In this document: one piece after another, positions 24,070 to 38,199 of the stretch
Layout: each line of letters opens with the position of its first letter
Numbering within the stretch: the stretch's first letter is position 1
Source: Octopus sinensis
Taxonomy: Eukaryota
Reading direction: 5' to 3'
NCBI RefSeq assembly: GCF_006345805.1
Contig: NC_042998.1
Span: 38,440,001-38,504,000, forward strand
Length of the DNA stretch: 64,000 nucleotides
Made by a program: the position numbers and the translations under genes
Notes under the pieces: generated by a model
Told to the model about the DNA's origin: nothing
Seen by the model: only the letters and a program-made list of their open reading frames with translations
Databases searched by the model: none

Positions 24070-24196
24070 AAAGTAAAAAAAATATACAAACTGGGACAAG
24101 AACGTGAAACATTTAGAAGACGACACAAAAAACACGGACGGGACATTCGAAGCCCTCAATCATCAGTCAAGAACCGGATCAACTTCGCAATTTCGG

Positions 24197-24249
<53 letters not shown>

Positions 24250-24264
24250 ATGTATGTCTCATCT

Positions 24265-25545
24265 GTTTTTTAATTATTTTAAATCTTCCACTGAGGAGGG
24301 ACCCGGTTTCCAACAAAGATACAAGGCTCCATCTTTGAGGTGTAATTAACGCAGACCAATTTACATTAGGAACTTAAGAAAAGTCTTAGACATTTTTACT
24401 GTTCCACTCACAGGGTGTACTTGTACAAATCAGCCGGTCGATTTCTCTTTCTGAAAATCCCAGTTTATCCAGATTCTCCTTTAAGCATTTACTAAAAAAA
24501 TCTAATGCTCCAATTATTATTGGTATGAATATGAATTCATAGTCTGGATATAGAAGCTGGTGGTTTCGAAGCATTTGTCCATAGATATCCTCTTTTTCTC
24601 TGACTTTCAAAGAGATATTTATATCTGCAAGGCAACTAACCTCTATGATGGTACATACCTTTGACCTTCTTTCCCAATCAACAATATCCGGCCTGTTATG
24701 TTTACATTTGACAGACGTTTTGATGGGAATATTCCACCAGTATACCTTCAGTTGGTGTTTATGAATGTATTCTATAAGAGATGGATTTTCTAAGTTTATT
24801 TCAGCACAGTCTCTTTTGTGGATGGCGTTGTAAATTGTTTTAGCAACAACATCGTGTCGCATAGGGCGGTGGTACCGTAACGACATTTTAGGACAGCTGC
24901 TAATCACATGCGTAATGTCTTCCACAGAAACATGACATAGCCTACACATGCAGTTGCACCTTGGGATTACAAGAGCGTCACTGTCTCTCTTGTTCACCAG
25001 GTACTTTGTGGCAATCACCTGTTCCTGGATTGCAAACGCATAACCTTCAAAGTGTGACGTGATGTAATGGTCTTGTGTCCAAGAGAGGCTGCGCTTCGTG
25101 TCATTTCTACTGTTTTCTTCAAGCTTCCGGGCAACATACCGATGCGTAGTCTTTGTTTTTGTACGCTGAATGCTTTCCATCCAGGTCGTCTCTGAGGTAA
25201 GAGAGCCCAGCTGTTTTGGGCTGTATAGGAGATCATGAGGAAGAGAGTGCTTCTTGAGGAGTTCACTGCCAACTCGTACAATGTTACTCACTTCACTTTT
25301 CAGGACTGCATTAATATATATTTTGCTGCTGTTGTTCAGCATGTGCTACTTGAGTGATACCATTGGGATTCGAAGGCCGTCTGCACTGATCTCAAGCCTC
25401 TACCACCTTCATTTCTTATTAGGTAGAGCCTGTCAACATCACTGTTTCTGTAGAAGTTCTCAGTTGTTGTCAGGATTTTGCTGGTTGTATGTATGTATGT
25501 CATTATCCAGTTTATTTCAATATTTCTTGCCAACAAAGAATCGTT
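24265..25545 (-). mobile_element. R4/Dong-like LINE with a restriction-like endonuclease, 5'-truncated
   Basis: DVDRLYLIRNEGGRGL (end of RT), CRLC..EDITHVISSC (CCHC), RHD, RPDI..IIEVSC..K (RLE), then a short 3' UTR ending in an A-rich tail. Confidence 0.88.
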
Positions 25546-27133
25546 TTCTAACCTAGATCCAACGCTCCTTCATTGGAATTTCAACATCAACAACAGGTTT
25601 TGTTTTTGTATGTATGTGCAGATTTGTATGTTGTATGTATATCTTCTCATTCATATAGTTACATATCTAGACATGCTTATATATATTTAAATGTTAAATT
25701 TCTAGAAAGTTTTACAGATTTTTACAGTTCCAGTGATGGATTGGATCTGTAGTCTTCGAATTAGCTTTCTCCTTTCTGGTTTTGAGAAGCCTAATTTCTC
25801 AAGATTTCTCAAGGCAGTGTGTTGCCACGGCCCCAACAAGTATGTATGTATACATGCGTGCATATACGTATTTTGCAAATAATGTGGATAGATGCAGTTT
25901 TGTTTTGCATGTTAAACCCTAAAGTTCTCAACTTGCAATGAATCTCACAGAATGTAGAGTATTTTTTGTTTCTTTAGCCTGCAGTAAAGTGATGTGCCAT
26001 GAATGTACCATTTCAAATGGTATCAATCCTACCATTCATAGTAAGTTCTTTCTTCCCTTATCGACCGCTCTAGTCTCTACCGTTTTCCTCGCTCTCGTTT
26101 GTCGTTCTCGACATCTTCCTGATTCGAGTTTTCGTTGTTAACATATCAACACTGACAATTTGTATTAAAAAATTCTATAAAATTGATGAATGCACACATG
26201 CACAAAAAAAAGTTTTAAAATATTTGCGACATCATTCTTAAGCAGCTGAATAATAAACGGATACTGAAAAATCGTGTGACTTAGAAGCGTATTCCGGCGT
26301 TGAAAGTGTTCAAATATAAAAAACAGAAAAAAATTGCAGGATATGAATGAAAAATATTCAAGCACAAGATGGAGTATGCAATTATTGTTTACGTCTCATA
26401 TTCATGAGTTCTTGTAGAAGAATAACTCGGAAATAAGACGCGTATTTATAGCCAGACATATGTCTAGAAATATGGTTTCGTTGAATTAGTCATTCATGTA
26501 TGCGTTTTGTACTTTCATCTCATTATATATTTCATAGTAAAATGCGAAGAGCAATAATATATATTTAAATTGTAAATAGTAGGCATAATTAAATGTAATA
26601 GTAATTGTATATAAATTTGCTTTCGGTTCATTTTCATTCGTTTTATATATATATATTTTTTCTGTTACTTAACATTCGCTCTGAACGGAAATTGCAGCGA
26701 ATTGCTAATGCCAACTGCGCTGCTATCTTAAAACAATTGCCAAGTGAATAGAATATCTTTAAATTACTTTTCAGAAAGTCTGACCGTTTTGATATAATGT
26801 TTAACTGTCTGTAGGCTGATAAGTAGTCTATTTTTGGAGGATTCAATCATTTTAAAGTTGTCCGAATAATGTGAATATTGCTTAAAAATTTGTATGTATT
26901 GTTTTCATAATTTTAAAATGTATCATGCTTATTAGAGACGTATCTTGATATAATTAAGTTATGGTTTACATGAATAGCCGAGTATTTAATTTTAGATCAA
27001 ATCCCCTTATAGACACAAACAGTATTGTATTTCGAATGTGGAACTGAATGTGGTCGAAAGCTTATGATGAAAATTTAGCGCTTGGCATCGCTAAAATTTG
27101 TCTAACGCCAGTAATCTTTACCTCCTCTACCTC

Positions 27134-27280
27134 ATCATCAACATAATCATTTAACATCCATTTTCCTTGTTTGCATCGGGCGGACGGTAGGACAAGAGCA
27201 GGCAAGCCGAAGAGCTGTACCAGGCTCCAATAGTCTGTTTTGGCTTGGTTTTTACAGCTGGATGCCCTTCCTATCGACAT
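27134..27280 (-). mobile_element. Family C repeat fragment
   Basis: CATCATC..TTTAACATCC..CCAGGCTCCAA..TACAGCTGGATGCCCTTCCTA. Confidence 0.65.
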
Positions 27281-27800
27281 GCCTTTCTTCAGGGTATTTC
27301 TAAGTTGAATCCCAAAGTAAAAAGTGCGTTACATGCTTTAATCTCGAATAATTTTCAGTAAAAACCTGAGACCCGAATTTTATGTGTTTCTTTTAGCGGT
27401 GTGTTGTCATCGTAATATGTGGATGTCGGTAACATCTCCAAATAACCTTAGAACTGAATGAAACGGTTTCACTCAAGACATAGTGTTACAAAATAATGGT
27501 ATCGCAGCAAAACCATCAAAAAGTAATAAACTTTATTGATGTTTATTACATTTAAACACTTTGGTAAATCTTGAGCTAATTAATTATCAGAGGTAGTTAG
27601 GAAACGTTTTATATATAAATGCTAAAATAAGTTCGAGCTTATGATATAGTTTCACCAAACTTGATAAAAATTGTAGATAGTTTTATGTCGAAGCTTATCA
27701 AATTCGAAGTTATGGCTTTGAGACACAAAAAATGAAAATTGCTTCAGTAGGTTCTCGAATAATTTGAACTCCTCTTGTCAAGAAAAAAAAAGGTTCTATC

Positions 27801-27972
27801 GGCGTAGGAGTGGCTGTGTGGTAAGTAAGCTTGCTTACCAACCACATGGTTCCGGGTTCAGTCCCACTGCGTGGCATCTTGGGCAAGTGTCTTCTACTAT
27901 AGCCTCGGGCCGACCAAAGCCTTGTGAGTGGATTTGGTAGACGGAAACTGAAAGAAGCTTGTCGTATACATG

Positions 27973-28015
<43 letters not shown>

Positions 28016-28228
28016 ATGTTTGTGTGTCTGTGTTTGTCCCCCTATCATTGCTTGACAACCGATGCTGGTGTGTTTACGTCGCCGTCACTTAGCGGTTCGG
28101 CAAAAGAGACCGATAGAATAAGTACTGGGCTTACAAAGAATAAGTCCCGGGGTCGACTTGCTCGACTAAAGGCGGTGCTCCAGCATGACCGCAGTCAAAT
28201 GACTGAAACAAGTAAAAGAGAGTAAAGA
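27801..28228 (+). mobile_element. Family A SINE, full length
   Basis: GGCGTAGGAGTGGCTGTGTGGTAAG..GGGTTCAGTCCC..TTGGGCAAGTGTCTT..GACTGAAACAAGTAAAAGAG. Confidence 0.9.
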
Positions 28229-30476
28229 GAGGGTATCTTTTATCTCGATACATAGACAACGTTGTTACCTTTAGAGTTAGAAATATTAAGATCAGAAAAC
28301 TGCTGGTAACAATTAACATCCAGCTTTTAACTGAATTTAAGCCAATGGACACGGGATTCACAATACTTGACCCAATTCCGTCTTTTATGCATATCGGAAA
28401 TTGGAGGTGGAACGCAATTCCCAAATGGAAATTAAATTACTTTCTAATTCAAATATTACTTACAAGGTTACGATGCGCCAGCAATAATAGCTAGGTAATC
28501 TTTTTATCTTTCGTTCTTTAATGATTTCAAACAGGAATTTTTGACTCGAATTCTCATGAATAACTTAAGTATTTGTAAGTTAGAATTTTAATATCTTTTG
28601 GTTATTATTTTTTAAACTATACTGCGGTAGACACCACGGGTAAAACTCTCATAATGGCTTTTGATGCAAAATGCACTCGTTTATATCGCTAGCTGGGAGA
28701 TAGATCCCCGCTACCTCCAGTGGGAGACCACTAGTCACGGGATTTCGACCTCCCCCAAGTCTTATCAATGATGGATGCTCGACCGCTAGAAACAGTAGCG
28801 ACTCATTTCCCCACTAGCGATATATAGAAAACAGTGCCAGAACAGTCGCTGGTGATCAAGCTAACTCCAGAGGTTGCGGTTGGTTTACGTCAATCCAATG
28901 AGACTTGTGGATAGCAGCGGTTGTAGTCTCGTCGAAACACGGTAATGTCATGAAACCAATGTTGGAAGGAGTTATGTGTTTTGAAATTTTTAGTTATAGC
29001 TGGTTCAATAGTCACTGTTCCACTGCATTTGTAATGGACACAGGTGAATTCGTTTTCATATACTCAGATGAGAAAAACATCTGGCATCGCAACGATTTCT
29101 TTGTCAGCAGAACGATGCTACCCTTATACACCCGAATAAACAAACAAATTCTACTAAAAACAACAAAACATACAAGAAAATGAACGAGGATAGCGCTGTC
29201 ACCATTAAAGTTACAGGTAGCAACATCTGTAGTTTGTTGGTAAAAGAAATTATTCTGATAAAAAAAAAAAAAAAACTCCGTGAATTGAAATAGTGAATTG
29301 AAATAGTGACAAGATTCACATCATCCAATTCTGCGTCCCGTGCATATCATTTCACCGTAGCACTTATACACAATTTACAATTTGCTATTCTTACACCTCA
29401 AATCACCAGGAAATTCTAATATTACACAAGGATATTCAGTTCAAATTCTAAGGAGGCCGACTTTTTATCTTTTCAGAAGTCGATAAAATAAGTACGAGTT
29501 GGGTACTGGAGTCGAAATTGCTGAGCTTGTACAAAAATCTGAAACTAAGGATGCGATGTGTCAACAAAATTTATTTGCCCCTCATTTTTTAAAGTTTTTG
29601 AAATGAAATTTTTAACTTGAATTGTCAAGATTAATCTAATATTTCTTAGTTAACAGTGGGATGTCTTTAAAACAGTTGAATATCTTATTTAATATATTCT
29701 TTTACATCGCTATCGACTTCTATAACTCACTGAATATTTACGGACTGGTTCCGAAAAGTTTCCTCTACAAAATATCATTTGCAAAATGCACGTTACATTA
29801 AAGGCCAAAGTTCCTCCCTCTGGAATCGAACGCCTGAGCACGTGGTTATGAAGCAAATTTCTTAACCATTCTGCTAATGTCTACACCAGTTGGAATATAT
29901 CTGATTGAACTAACTGACTCTCATAATAAGAGTAAATTTGTAACACCAAGTATTAAAAATAGAAATAACTGCCAGTTACATGTTAAAGTTTTCTTCATTA
30001 CGTCTATTAATCTAAAAAAAATATGTTGCGTAATCACACCTACAGCACTATACAACACCAAACAGGCAAAAAGAAAAATCTTTTCCAATAGATGACATTT
30101 TGCCGTTTTTTTCCCCTTCGCGTCGTAAAGCTCTTAATGCTTTGTCTGTGTTTTTCTCTTCATTGCATTATATTGTAGTCAACACAACATTGTACAAAAT
30201 AAAATCTGACTGACAGCACTGTATATGAAAGCGAAATTAGTGAAATCGAAAGCAGGAAATCATATGGTTTACTTGCATAAATATCTATGCTGTCTGTTAT
30301 GGTTACATAGAATACACAGATTGTACAGAAATACTCGAAATATACGTCAATGTTATGGAACTTTTGTAGAGAAGATGAATAGAATATGGGGTGACACAAC
30401 GTGTAGTTACGTCGGTCTCCGATTGTCCATATTTAAAAAAATGCATGCACAGTGTTAGTAATAATTCTATTCGTGA

Positions 30477-30690
30477 GGCGGCGAACTAGCTGAATCGTCG
30501 GCACGCCGGACAAAATGCTGCTAAGCAAGCATTTCGTCCGTCTTCTGAGTTCAAATTCTGCCGAAGCCAACTTTGCCTTTCATCCGTTTGGGATCGATAA
30601 ATTAAGTACCAGTTAAACACTGGAGTCGACCTAATCGACTTATCCCCTCCCCTGAACTTACAGGCCTTGGGCCAAAAATTGAAACCAACA
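30477..30690 (+). mobile_element. Family B SINE
   Basis: GGCGGCGAACTAGC..GAGTTCAAATTC..TTTGCCTTTCATCC..GATAAATTAAGTACC. Confidence 0.8.
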
Positions 30691-32129
30691 ATTCCGTTTG
30701 TGATAAAGAATATAAATTGATTACACCGAAGTTTTCCAGAATACATTATCTTTTAATTGGTATTTGGTTATTCCCTCAATTATATTTTCATTTGTGCCAT
30801 CAGAGATGCACAAACAATTGACTGGTTGCTGGAAAACAAACCAAATTGCAGACAGATTTCTATTATGTCACTTAACTCAGAGTGGTTTTCATTTAATTTT
30901 ATGTTCAGCAATGCAATAGAAAAGACATATTTCATTTCCAAATATGTTCAATTTTTTTTCTGCAACAGAAGATACTTCAAATACACGAGTCTTTTCTAGG
31001 AACAGATTTATTTCTCGCTCGTTCAGTTCTACAGAAATCAAAATTAAGCTGCTGCCGCAGAGTTTTTGTGATTCTAAGAAGATCAAACTGTTTCTCTCAG
31101 AATTTTTTTTTTTTTTTTTTGCTTTTAAATTTATATAATTTAAACTTCAAATGTTTTAAATGGAAAACAATTATGTGTACCGAATGTAAATGGGACATTT
31201 CACAGATAAAGTATACAAACTGAGAAACGTTCTCGCATCTCCATACCCTTCGAAAATATCTTTTGAAATCCGTTTTCTGTGTTTCTAATCATTAAAATGC
31301 ATTGTCTAGCCGTAGAAGAAGCGGCAATTTCTTAGCAGGTCAACATTCTATTACAAAATATCCCATTTTTTTCATTTTCTAAACTACATTGCATTCTGTT
31401 AAGTCAGAAAACTACAGAAAATGAAATCAAACAAGTTTATTTTAATAAAAATGCTATCAATTTTTAAAATGATGCCGTAAGGTTTTTACTTCTCGTAATT
31501 TATGGATTCGTCTGTTGGACTAAAAGCATTCATTATTGAAGATTTTTATCATTTTGTTTCTTTTATATTTTCCGCCTCCATCGGTTTAGTGACGGAGATT
31601 TATTTCATTGAACATGTGTTAATATTATTTCGATTATAACTTAATCCTTTGTAACGGTATCATGTCTCTAAACCTTTATACTTGAAGTATTGTTTATGAA
31701 TTTCAACGACGTAATATATAATTACACTCAGATTACAGAGAAAGAAAGAAACGCTTACGAAATATTGGACACATACAACAACTATGAATCAGAGACAGTG
31801 AAATTTATGGGGAATTAAATTTTCTCCACTTTCAGATTATTAATGTTACATAGCACGTCATTATTGGTTTCCAATGACCTAAATACAAGACTATCCACGT
31901 AAAGTAAGTACGAGGAAGTGGATATTCTATGCTAAAAGCTTTAAATAGACCAAGATTAGTAATTTATTTTAATATATATTCTGTGGACGTTATTTATTTA
32001 AAAGTAGCCATTATTTACAGATCTTTTATTGCCTTGGAAAAGAATCCATAACTAACATATAGCTTATCTGTGTGTGTGTGTGTTTTTGAATTTCACAATG
32101 AGCTGTAAATGACGGTAAGGACGACGATG

Positions 32130-32300
32130 AATATCATGACGACGTCGTCGTCGTCCGAGTCTGCTGATTGCGATTCTTCCACATTCGATCTCGCGTGGAA
32201 TGTCTCTCAACTTCTCTATTTTACTCAGCAGTGACTCGAGTGTCTGTACAGAAAGAAGAAACGAGACAGGACAACCTTGACGGACCAAATTCTCGACACT
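32130..32300 (-). mobile_element. L1/Tx1-type RT fragment
   Basis: VRQGCPVSFLLSVQTLESLLSKIE resembles the VRQGCPLSPLLY..LEPLL RT motif. Confidence 0.65.
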
Positions 32301-32645
32301 GATATGCAACCGTTCACCCGAACCCACCAAGATGACGTTGCACTCCAACCGCGAAAAACGGGACAGACATTAAGCCACTGTGAGACCAGTATTACACTAG
32401 AATTGTTCTGGTGTAGTTTGCAAGCAAAAAAAGAAAGAAAAGTCCTGGCGTTTCAAACACCTTGAAATTCTTACTGATGGCTTCCTTATAAGCATTCCTC
32501 TCTCTCTCTGGCAAGATTTCTCACCAGTTTGGGTGGCACTTAACTGCTTCAATCCTGTGCATATTTGAACATCTTATAAAGTGCACCTAATTCAGAAGTC
32601 CTATTTGCTAATTCTGAGTAGGAGATTGCTTTTGGTAGTTTAAAC

Positions 32646-32902
32646 CAGTGCTTCTCAAACTATTCTCAATATGCTAAGGACCGGTAATATTTCTGAGTAA
32701 TATTAATTTATACCGGAAACAATAAAAATAATGAATATAATAAAAGTTGACAATTTTTAAAATCTCATTTATTTTGTAAACAAATAATGCAATATTACAT
32801 AAGCGTTTTATAAGCATTTTACAATGTTTCTTTCTTTTCTGGAAATTCGCGGCGTAGCGGCAGGTAATGGCTCACGGACCACCACCATTTTGAGTAGCAT
32901 TG
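32646..32902. mobile_element. hAT-like MITE
   Basis: Termini CAGTGCTTCTCAAA / TTTGAGTAGCATTG, with imperfect 8-bp flanks GTTTAAAC / GTTAAAGC. Confidence 0.6.
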
Positions 32903-33096
32903 GTTAAAGCTGATATAAACAGTTTTATATGGATTTATCCTCGTTGGATACGTTTGTTCTATTTCAGCTTTATAACCCCCATCATTACTAAATTGTTGCA
33001 AATCTCCACTCGGTAGGAACTGATGTTATGTTCTGTTGTGATAAATTGTTATTAGGGCTACTAATTTTCCAAATATTTTATTCACTCCACGTCATG

Positions 33097-33315
33097 TACG
33101 AGGGTGTACTGAAAAGTTCCTGGCTTTGGGTGAAAGAAAATATAAAAATACAAGAGGATCAGTTAATTATGATTTTATGCAATATATTCTCCTCTCAGAA
33201 TCACACTTATTGCAGCGGTCCTTCAGTTTTTCTAAGCCTTGCAACAGAACTGAGAAGGCTAGGCCCCCAGCCAGGCCTTTCGCAATACCCAGGAACTTTA
33301 CGGCATCCCTTCGTA
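33097..33315 (+). mobile_element. Mariner-derived MITE
   Basis: TA-flanked TIRs TACGAGGGTGTACTGAAAAGTTCCTGG / CCAGGAACTTTACGGCATCCCTTCGTA. Confidence 0.75.
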
Positions 33316-33699
33316 TAAATGAATGTTGTTCTACCATAGCCAGAGCCTTCGAGGCATTATTCAGAATGCGATCTGAGTCAGAGTCCTCTCTGTTGTTCGG
33401 TGCATCATCGTATGACTATATGAATGCATTGTGTGCACACACACACACACACACACACAATCTCTCTCTCTCTCACTCACTCGCACACACACACACACAC
33501 ACTTTCTCTCTCTCTCTCTTTCTGGAGTCGATGTAATCCTGAGTGGAAAACGAAACAGATGTAGCCTCTACTGAAGTATTAAAACTCTTCTTCCCTTCTC
33601 GCTTTGTAGTTTTTGCTTATTAGATATTCCAAAATGAAGTATCTTACTTGATTCCATCAGGGAAGGTAACTAGCCATATTATGCTATGAAATAACTTAG

Positions 33700-34560
33700 A
33701 CTTAGATATGTTTCGGCCAAAGATTGACCCAGGTAATGTATAACTTAATAGCACCACCTGATAGGATCTGTTAAACCATTTTTAATTCAAGTTTTGTGGC
33801 ATTATGGCCCATTCAGGTAGGGCTTGTTGTTCACTGAGATGTATTTAGGGGTATGTGGCTTATCTGGCATCCCTTGAAGAAATTCGTCCAAGTTTCGCTT
33901 GAAGGTGGTGGGATCTTTTTCTTTGATTTCTTGTGGGATTATGTTAAATAGAGCAGGACCTGTTTAGAAAAAGAAATTATGCATTGTGTGCTGAATTGCA
34001 CAGGGGGCGTATGGCACATCGTCGAAGCCTTGGGAGGAATTCTGAATCTAATGTTAAGGTCGTTTTGGCAATGCAGGTGATGTAATCTCTACGTTGTGCA
34101 AATGATGTAGCGCTCACGGCGGCCGTGGAGAGAGTAAATTTTCAATGTTGTTCAGGCGGTGCCAATAATCAAGATCAGTTATGCCTTTTCTTTTTTTTTA
34201 GTTGTTCGCCTATGTAGGGGGACTCAATTCTCGTAATGTTTTGTTTGTTTTGAGAGACCACAGGTCGCAGAAGTATTCTTAGTATGGCTGTACAAAGAAG
34301 GGAAAGAGGGGAATTATGACTTATTGCTCTCTGGACCGGAATGTTCCGAGGAACCAGGAGCTCGTCCTGCGAAACATATCAACTTTATTGTTGATGTGGG
34401 CACTCCGACCGAGATTATTGTTGTCGAGTATATTCTTGAACTTTTTCATGAATTCCATCCAATCTCTGACATAATGTATGCTTTTATGTGTGCAAAGAAT
34501 AATTTCCTAACGATTTATTTCTTCCGTTTCAAAGACAAATGCCACAAACAATCAATGCAC
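33700..34560 (-). mobile_element. Degraded CR1-clade LINE 3' region
   Basis: Minus frames give FVQPY*EY, RRER and FKRNLDEFLQGMPDKP, matching the CR1-type C-terminus. Confidence 0.65.
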
Positions 34561-35344
34561 TCAAATAGCATTGCTACCTTTCATAATATCAGCATAACAA
34601 GAAAACCTCTAGATCTTGGCTTTTAATCACTTTTAGTCACCGGTTATTATTTTCAGCTTCCACATTTTCAAACAGTTAAAAATGTAACTACCTTCAGATA
34701 TTGCACACATTAAACACAAGCTCAGTGGTATTTGAAACTTTACAATACCATAGCAATCATTTTTCTCTTTAGTTGGTGGTAAATTGGATTAAATCGTTGG
34801 CTATAAAACACAATGCAGCCTGATAAGAGAAAGCTCTTCCATATTAAGACGTTAGCACTATAAGCCGGTCGAGATAAATACTACAAACAAGGAAAAAGAA
34901 AGAAAAAATACTAATCTTTTAAAATTTTGCAGGGACATTTTGAATAAAGTCTAGAAACGATGGTTTAGATTTTATGCCGTATAAAGAATTAAGGTTAACA
35001 TTATTAGTCTGTTATTGGCAGGAAATAATCAATGCTTGTAATCTTTGAACAATCAAACATTTTTGAAACTGTCTCATTGTGGATTCACTAAATATTATAT
35101 ATTATTTGGTGATATGCGTACACAAGACAGACATACATCCAGATACACTCAGATAGGATCTTACTAAGAATACTAATGAAGATTCTCAACTGCTAAAAAT
35201 AGTCATATAATTCATTCAGCTCTACACATTTACCAAGTTCTTTATTCAATGTTCGAATATTCGTTGTTCTTATATATTTACGACATTGTTCTTATATATT
35301 TAACAATATATATAAATAGTTATAAATATCTATCTACGTTTATA

Positions 35345-35582
35345 TACAGGCTGGTGCAAAAGTGGGTATACAGCTATGAAAAAAGAAAACACGTACAGTA
35401 CACATTTATCTTTATCAAAAAAACTAAAAGTTACGATAGATGACAAATGTATTATTATGATTAATGACACTGAAAATATTAAAAAAATTAGGTTAATTTA
35501 ATGTGCTAATAATTTTCAAAGAATTAAGTGTTATAACATTGATGTGATACGTACTGTATACCTACTTTTGCACCCCATTGTG

Positions 35583-35584
<2 letters not shown>
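35345..35584. mobile_element. Tc1/mariner-type MITE
   Basis: TA-flanked inverted ends GGTGCAAAAGTGGGTATACAG / CTGTATACCTACTTTTGCACC. Confidence 0.7.
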
Positions 35585-35647
<63 letters not shown>

Positions 35648-36021
35648 GTATGTTTGTGTATGTGTGTGGGGTGGGTACGAAAATTGATTGAAGTGTACTG
35701 AATACGAGAGATATTTATTGTATTCCAGGCATAAACATTTCACTAACCGTAAATCTGAGTTTCACGATTCCGATATTCGGACGGCAGTGGAAGGTAAAAC
35801 ATGCATGCCAACTGATATATTCTTACTCAGAAAAAATATACGAAGTTAATATTTTTATTGGAAATTGAGTGGGGTTAGCACTAGAAATACATACACTCCT
35901 TTCATTGTTGCCAAAAACTGCGCACAGACACTAAATTAAGTAAATAAAAATAGTAGAAATTCACATTCAGTACATAGGTACCATAAAGAACTCGCAAACA
36001 CAAAGCACTGAGTACGGTAAT

Positions 36022-36481
36022 ACTCAGGAAATGCATTTAGTAAATGATATTTTATTTTTAGTTCGTTCGTCGTTGTGAACAATGACCATTGCTATAACAG
36101 GAGAAGACAGGGCGCACCGTGTCCGGCTGTGGTCAATCAATTTGATGTGGGGCTCGGAAGGCTCTACCGCAGGTTGGGCACCGGGAATCTGTTGGGGCTG
36201 AAAACGAGTAGGCCCTAGACTTGCGTAGTTCGGTTATCCCTGCAAGCGATCAAGAACCGGGAACGGTGAGACACGAAGGACACTGTGGCCATCGACAGTG
36301 CATCCCAAACTTATCTCTAGCTGTCTTGGCTTCTTTCTGGAAGGGACGAGAGAGAGAGTGAGGCTGATCACGTTGCACAAACCTCCTTCACTTCAATCTA
36401 TGTCACACGTAAGTCAACACATCACATCAACCTAGATTCACTATACACAGAACACAATAACACTCAAGAAATGCATTTAGT
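36022..36481 (-). mobile_element. RTE-clade LINE 3' fragment bounded by a 20-bp direct repeat (putative TSD)
   Basis: Minus frame CPTCGRAFRA (C-terminal zinc finger); 3' UTR TGGTCATTGTTCACAACGACGAACGAAC plus A-rich tail; ACTCARGAAATGCATTTAGT at 36022-36041 and 36462-36481. Confidence 0.75.
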
Positions 36482-37682
36482 TTATAATATTGGTAACATG
36501 TTAATATTGGTAACACACACACACGTTATAAAATCACCACAAACAGCACAATCACTAATCTGAAGTATGTACATAGTCGATAGGCATACATTCAGTATAG
36601 AGTTAACACAACAGCCGAACATTAGATACGACCCAAGGTACAGTAAATACATATACTCAATATATTCTAGATAGTAGAAACTGCAAAGAATAGTGACAGC
36701 CACATATTAAAAATACAAGAAAACAGATCAGAAAAATAACTGCAGGAAAAGTAAAGTTAAGCTTACTTTATAATGGATGTGTTCAGAGTAATGCAGAAAG
36801 CAGCGCAGGAAAGGATGTCATTAAAATAGAATGTCCATCTACATAAATTGAGGAAAGATAGGCAGGCAAGGCGGGCAATCTTCTGCTGCTTCGTTTTGTT
36901 AGGAGCAGGTAACATATTTTGTGCATCACATGTTTTCGTTCACAAAATACATACGTGCACAGATAGCCGTACATAGAGACATACACATAATCGTATTTTG
37001 AATTTACATTGCTAGAATTTTGATGTAAAACCTTATATTGAAAAGGTTACACTTCGGATGGGTCATGCAGCCAGTAAACTCATGAATTTTTAATTCACTT
37101 CCTTTTTATTGTTTGTTTTTTGTTACCTAATTTGTCATAAATTTTCCCCTCCCCTTAGTGTCAATTTGAAATCATTGAAAACATTGCAATAATTTATGGT
37201 GATAAATCTTTCACGTTTATATTAACTATGGAAGACTGATGGGAATATTATCTGTATGGACATAAAGGATTGGTCGCAATTTAGTTAAGTAATTTAGGAG
37301 TTAGTGATAGGTTTACTTATTGAATTTATTTACTGATACTGTTGTACATAGGGTAAATGTGTTTCTTTGTTGTAGTTTGACTGAGTGTTTAATCCTTCCT
37401 GGAATTAAGGAATTGAATGAATGTGGTGATATCTAAGGTATGTTTTTTTCTCCCCAAACGTCACTTGTTTTAGTGCTGTTGACACGGCCGGATTGAGTGG
37501 TACTGCCCAGGTATCGAAACCATAGTGATATCCGAGGGGAAGCTGATGGTGGAGGTATGTCGGATTGTTGGTATGGCTGTTATTGTATGAGCGAAATAGT
37601 ATTATAACACATCCATTTGATATATATATGTATGTGTGTGCACGTGCACACACGCTTGCATTCATAACCTCATATCTATCTA

Positions 37683-37719
<37 letters not shown>

Positions 37720-38199
37720 GCATAAATATGAATGTCTTTAGGCACACATTGAAATATTGTTTTCTAGACACGTACTCAAATGAAATCATGTTCAGGTGTA
37801 CATACACAACCACGCACTTGTCTGGGAGTTAGATTTATACTACGCACACAACCATGTGAAATAAATTTTACAAAAAATATGTTAAGATGTATATTACAGT
37901 AAAAATTTGAATTCGTGTTTAATGATGTTCAGGCAAGTAAACAAAGAGACATATCTAAAAGCATATAAATCAATAACGCGAAGATAACAAAAGTGAAAAC
38001 ATGCAAGGTGGAGGGGCGTTCTTTGACGGAAAGAGAGTAGTAATGCTATATATATATATATATATGTATATATGTGTGTGTGTGTATACATGTGTGTGTG
38101 TGTGTATATACATGTGTGTGTGTGTATATAGATATGTGTGTGTGTATATACATATGTGTGTGTGTGTGTATATATACATATGTATGTGTGTATGTATAT

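Noticed and set aside
37130-37620. Additional Penelope fragment on the minus strand
   Set aside because: Only a faint resemblance (NNPTYLHH) to the PLE thumb motif; too decayed to support as a feature.
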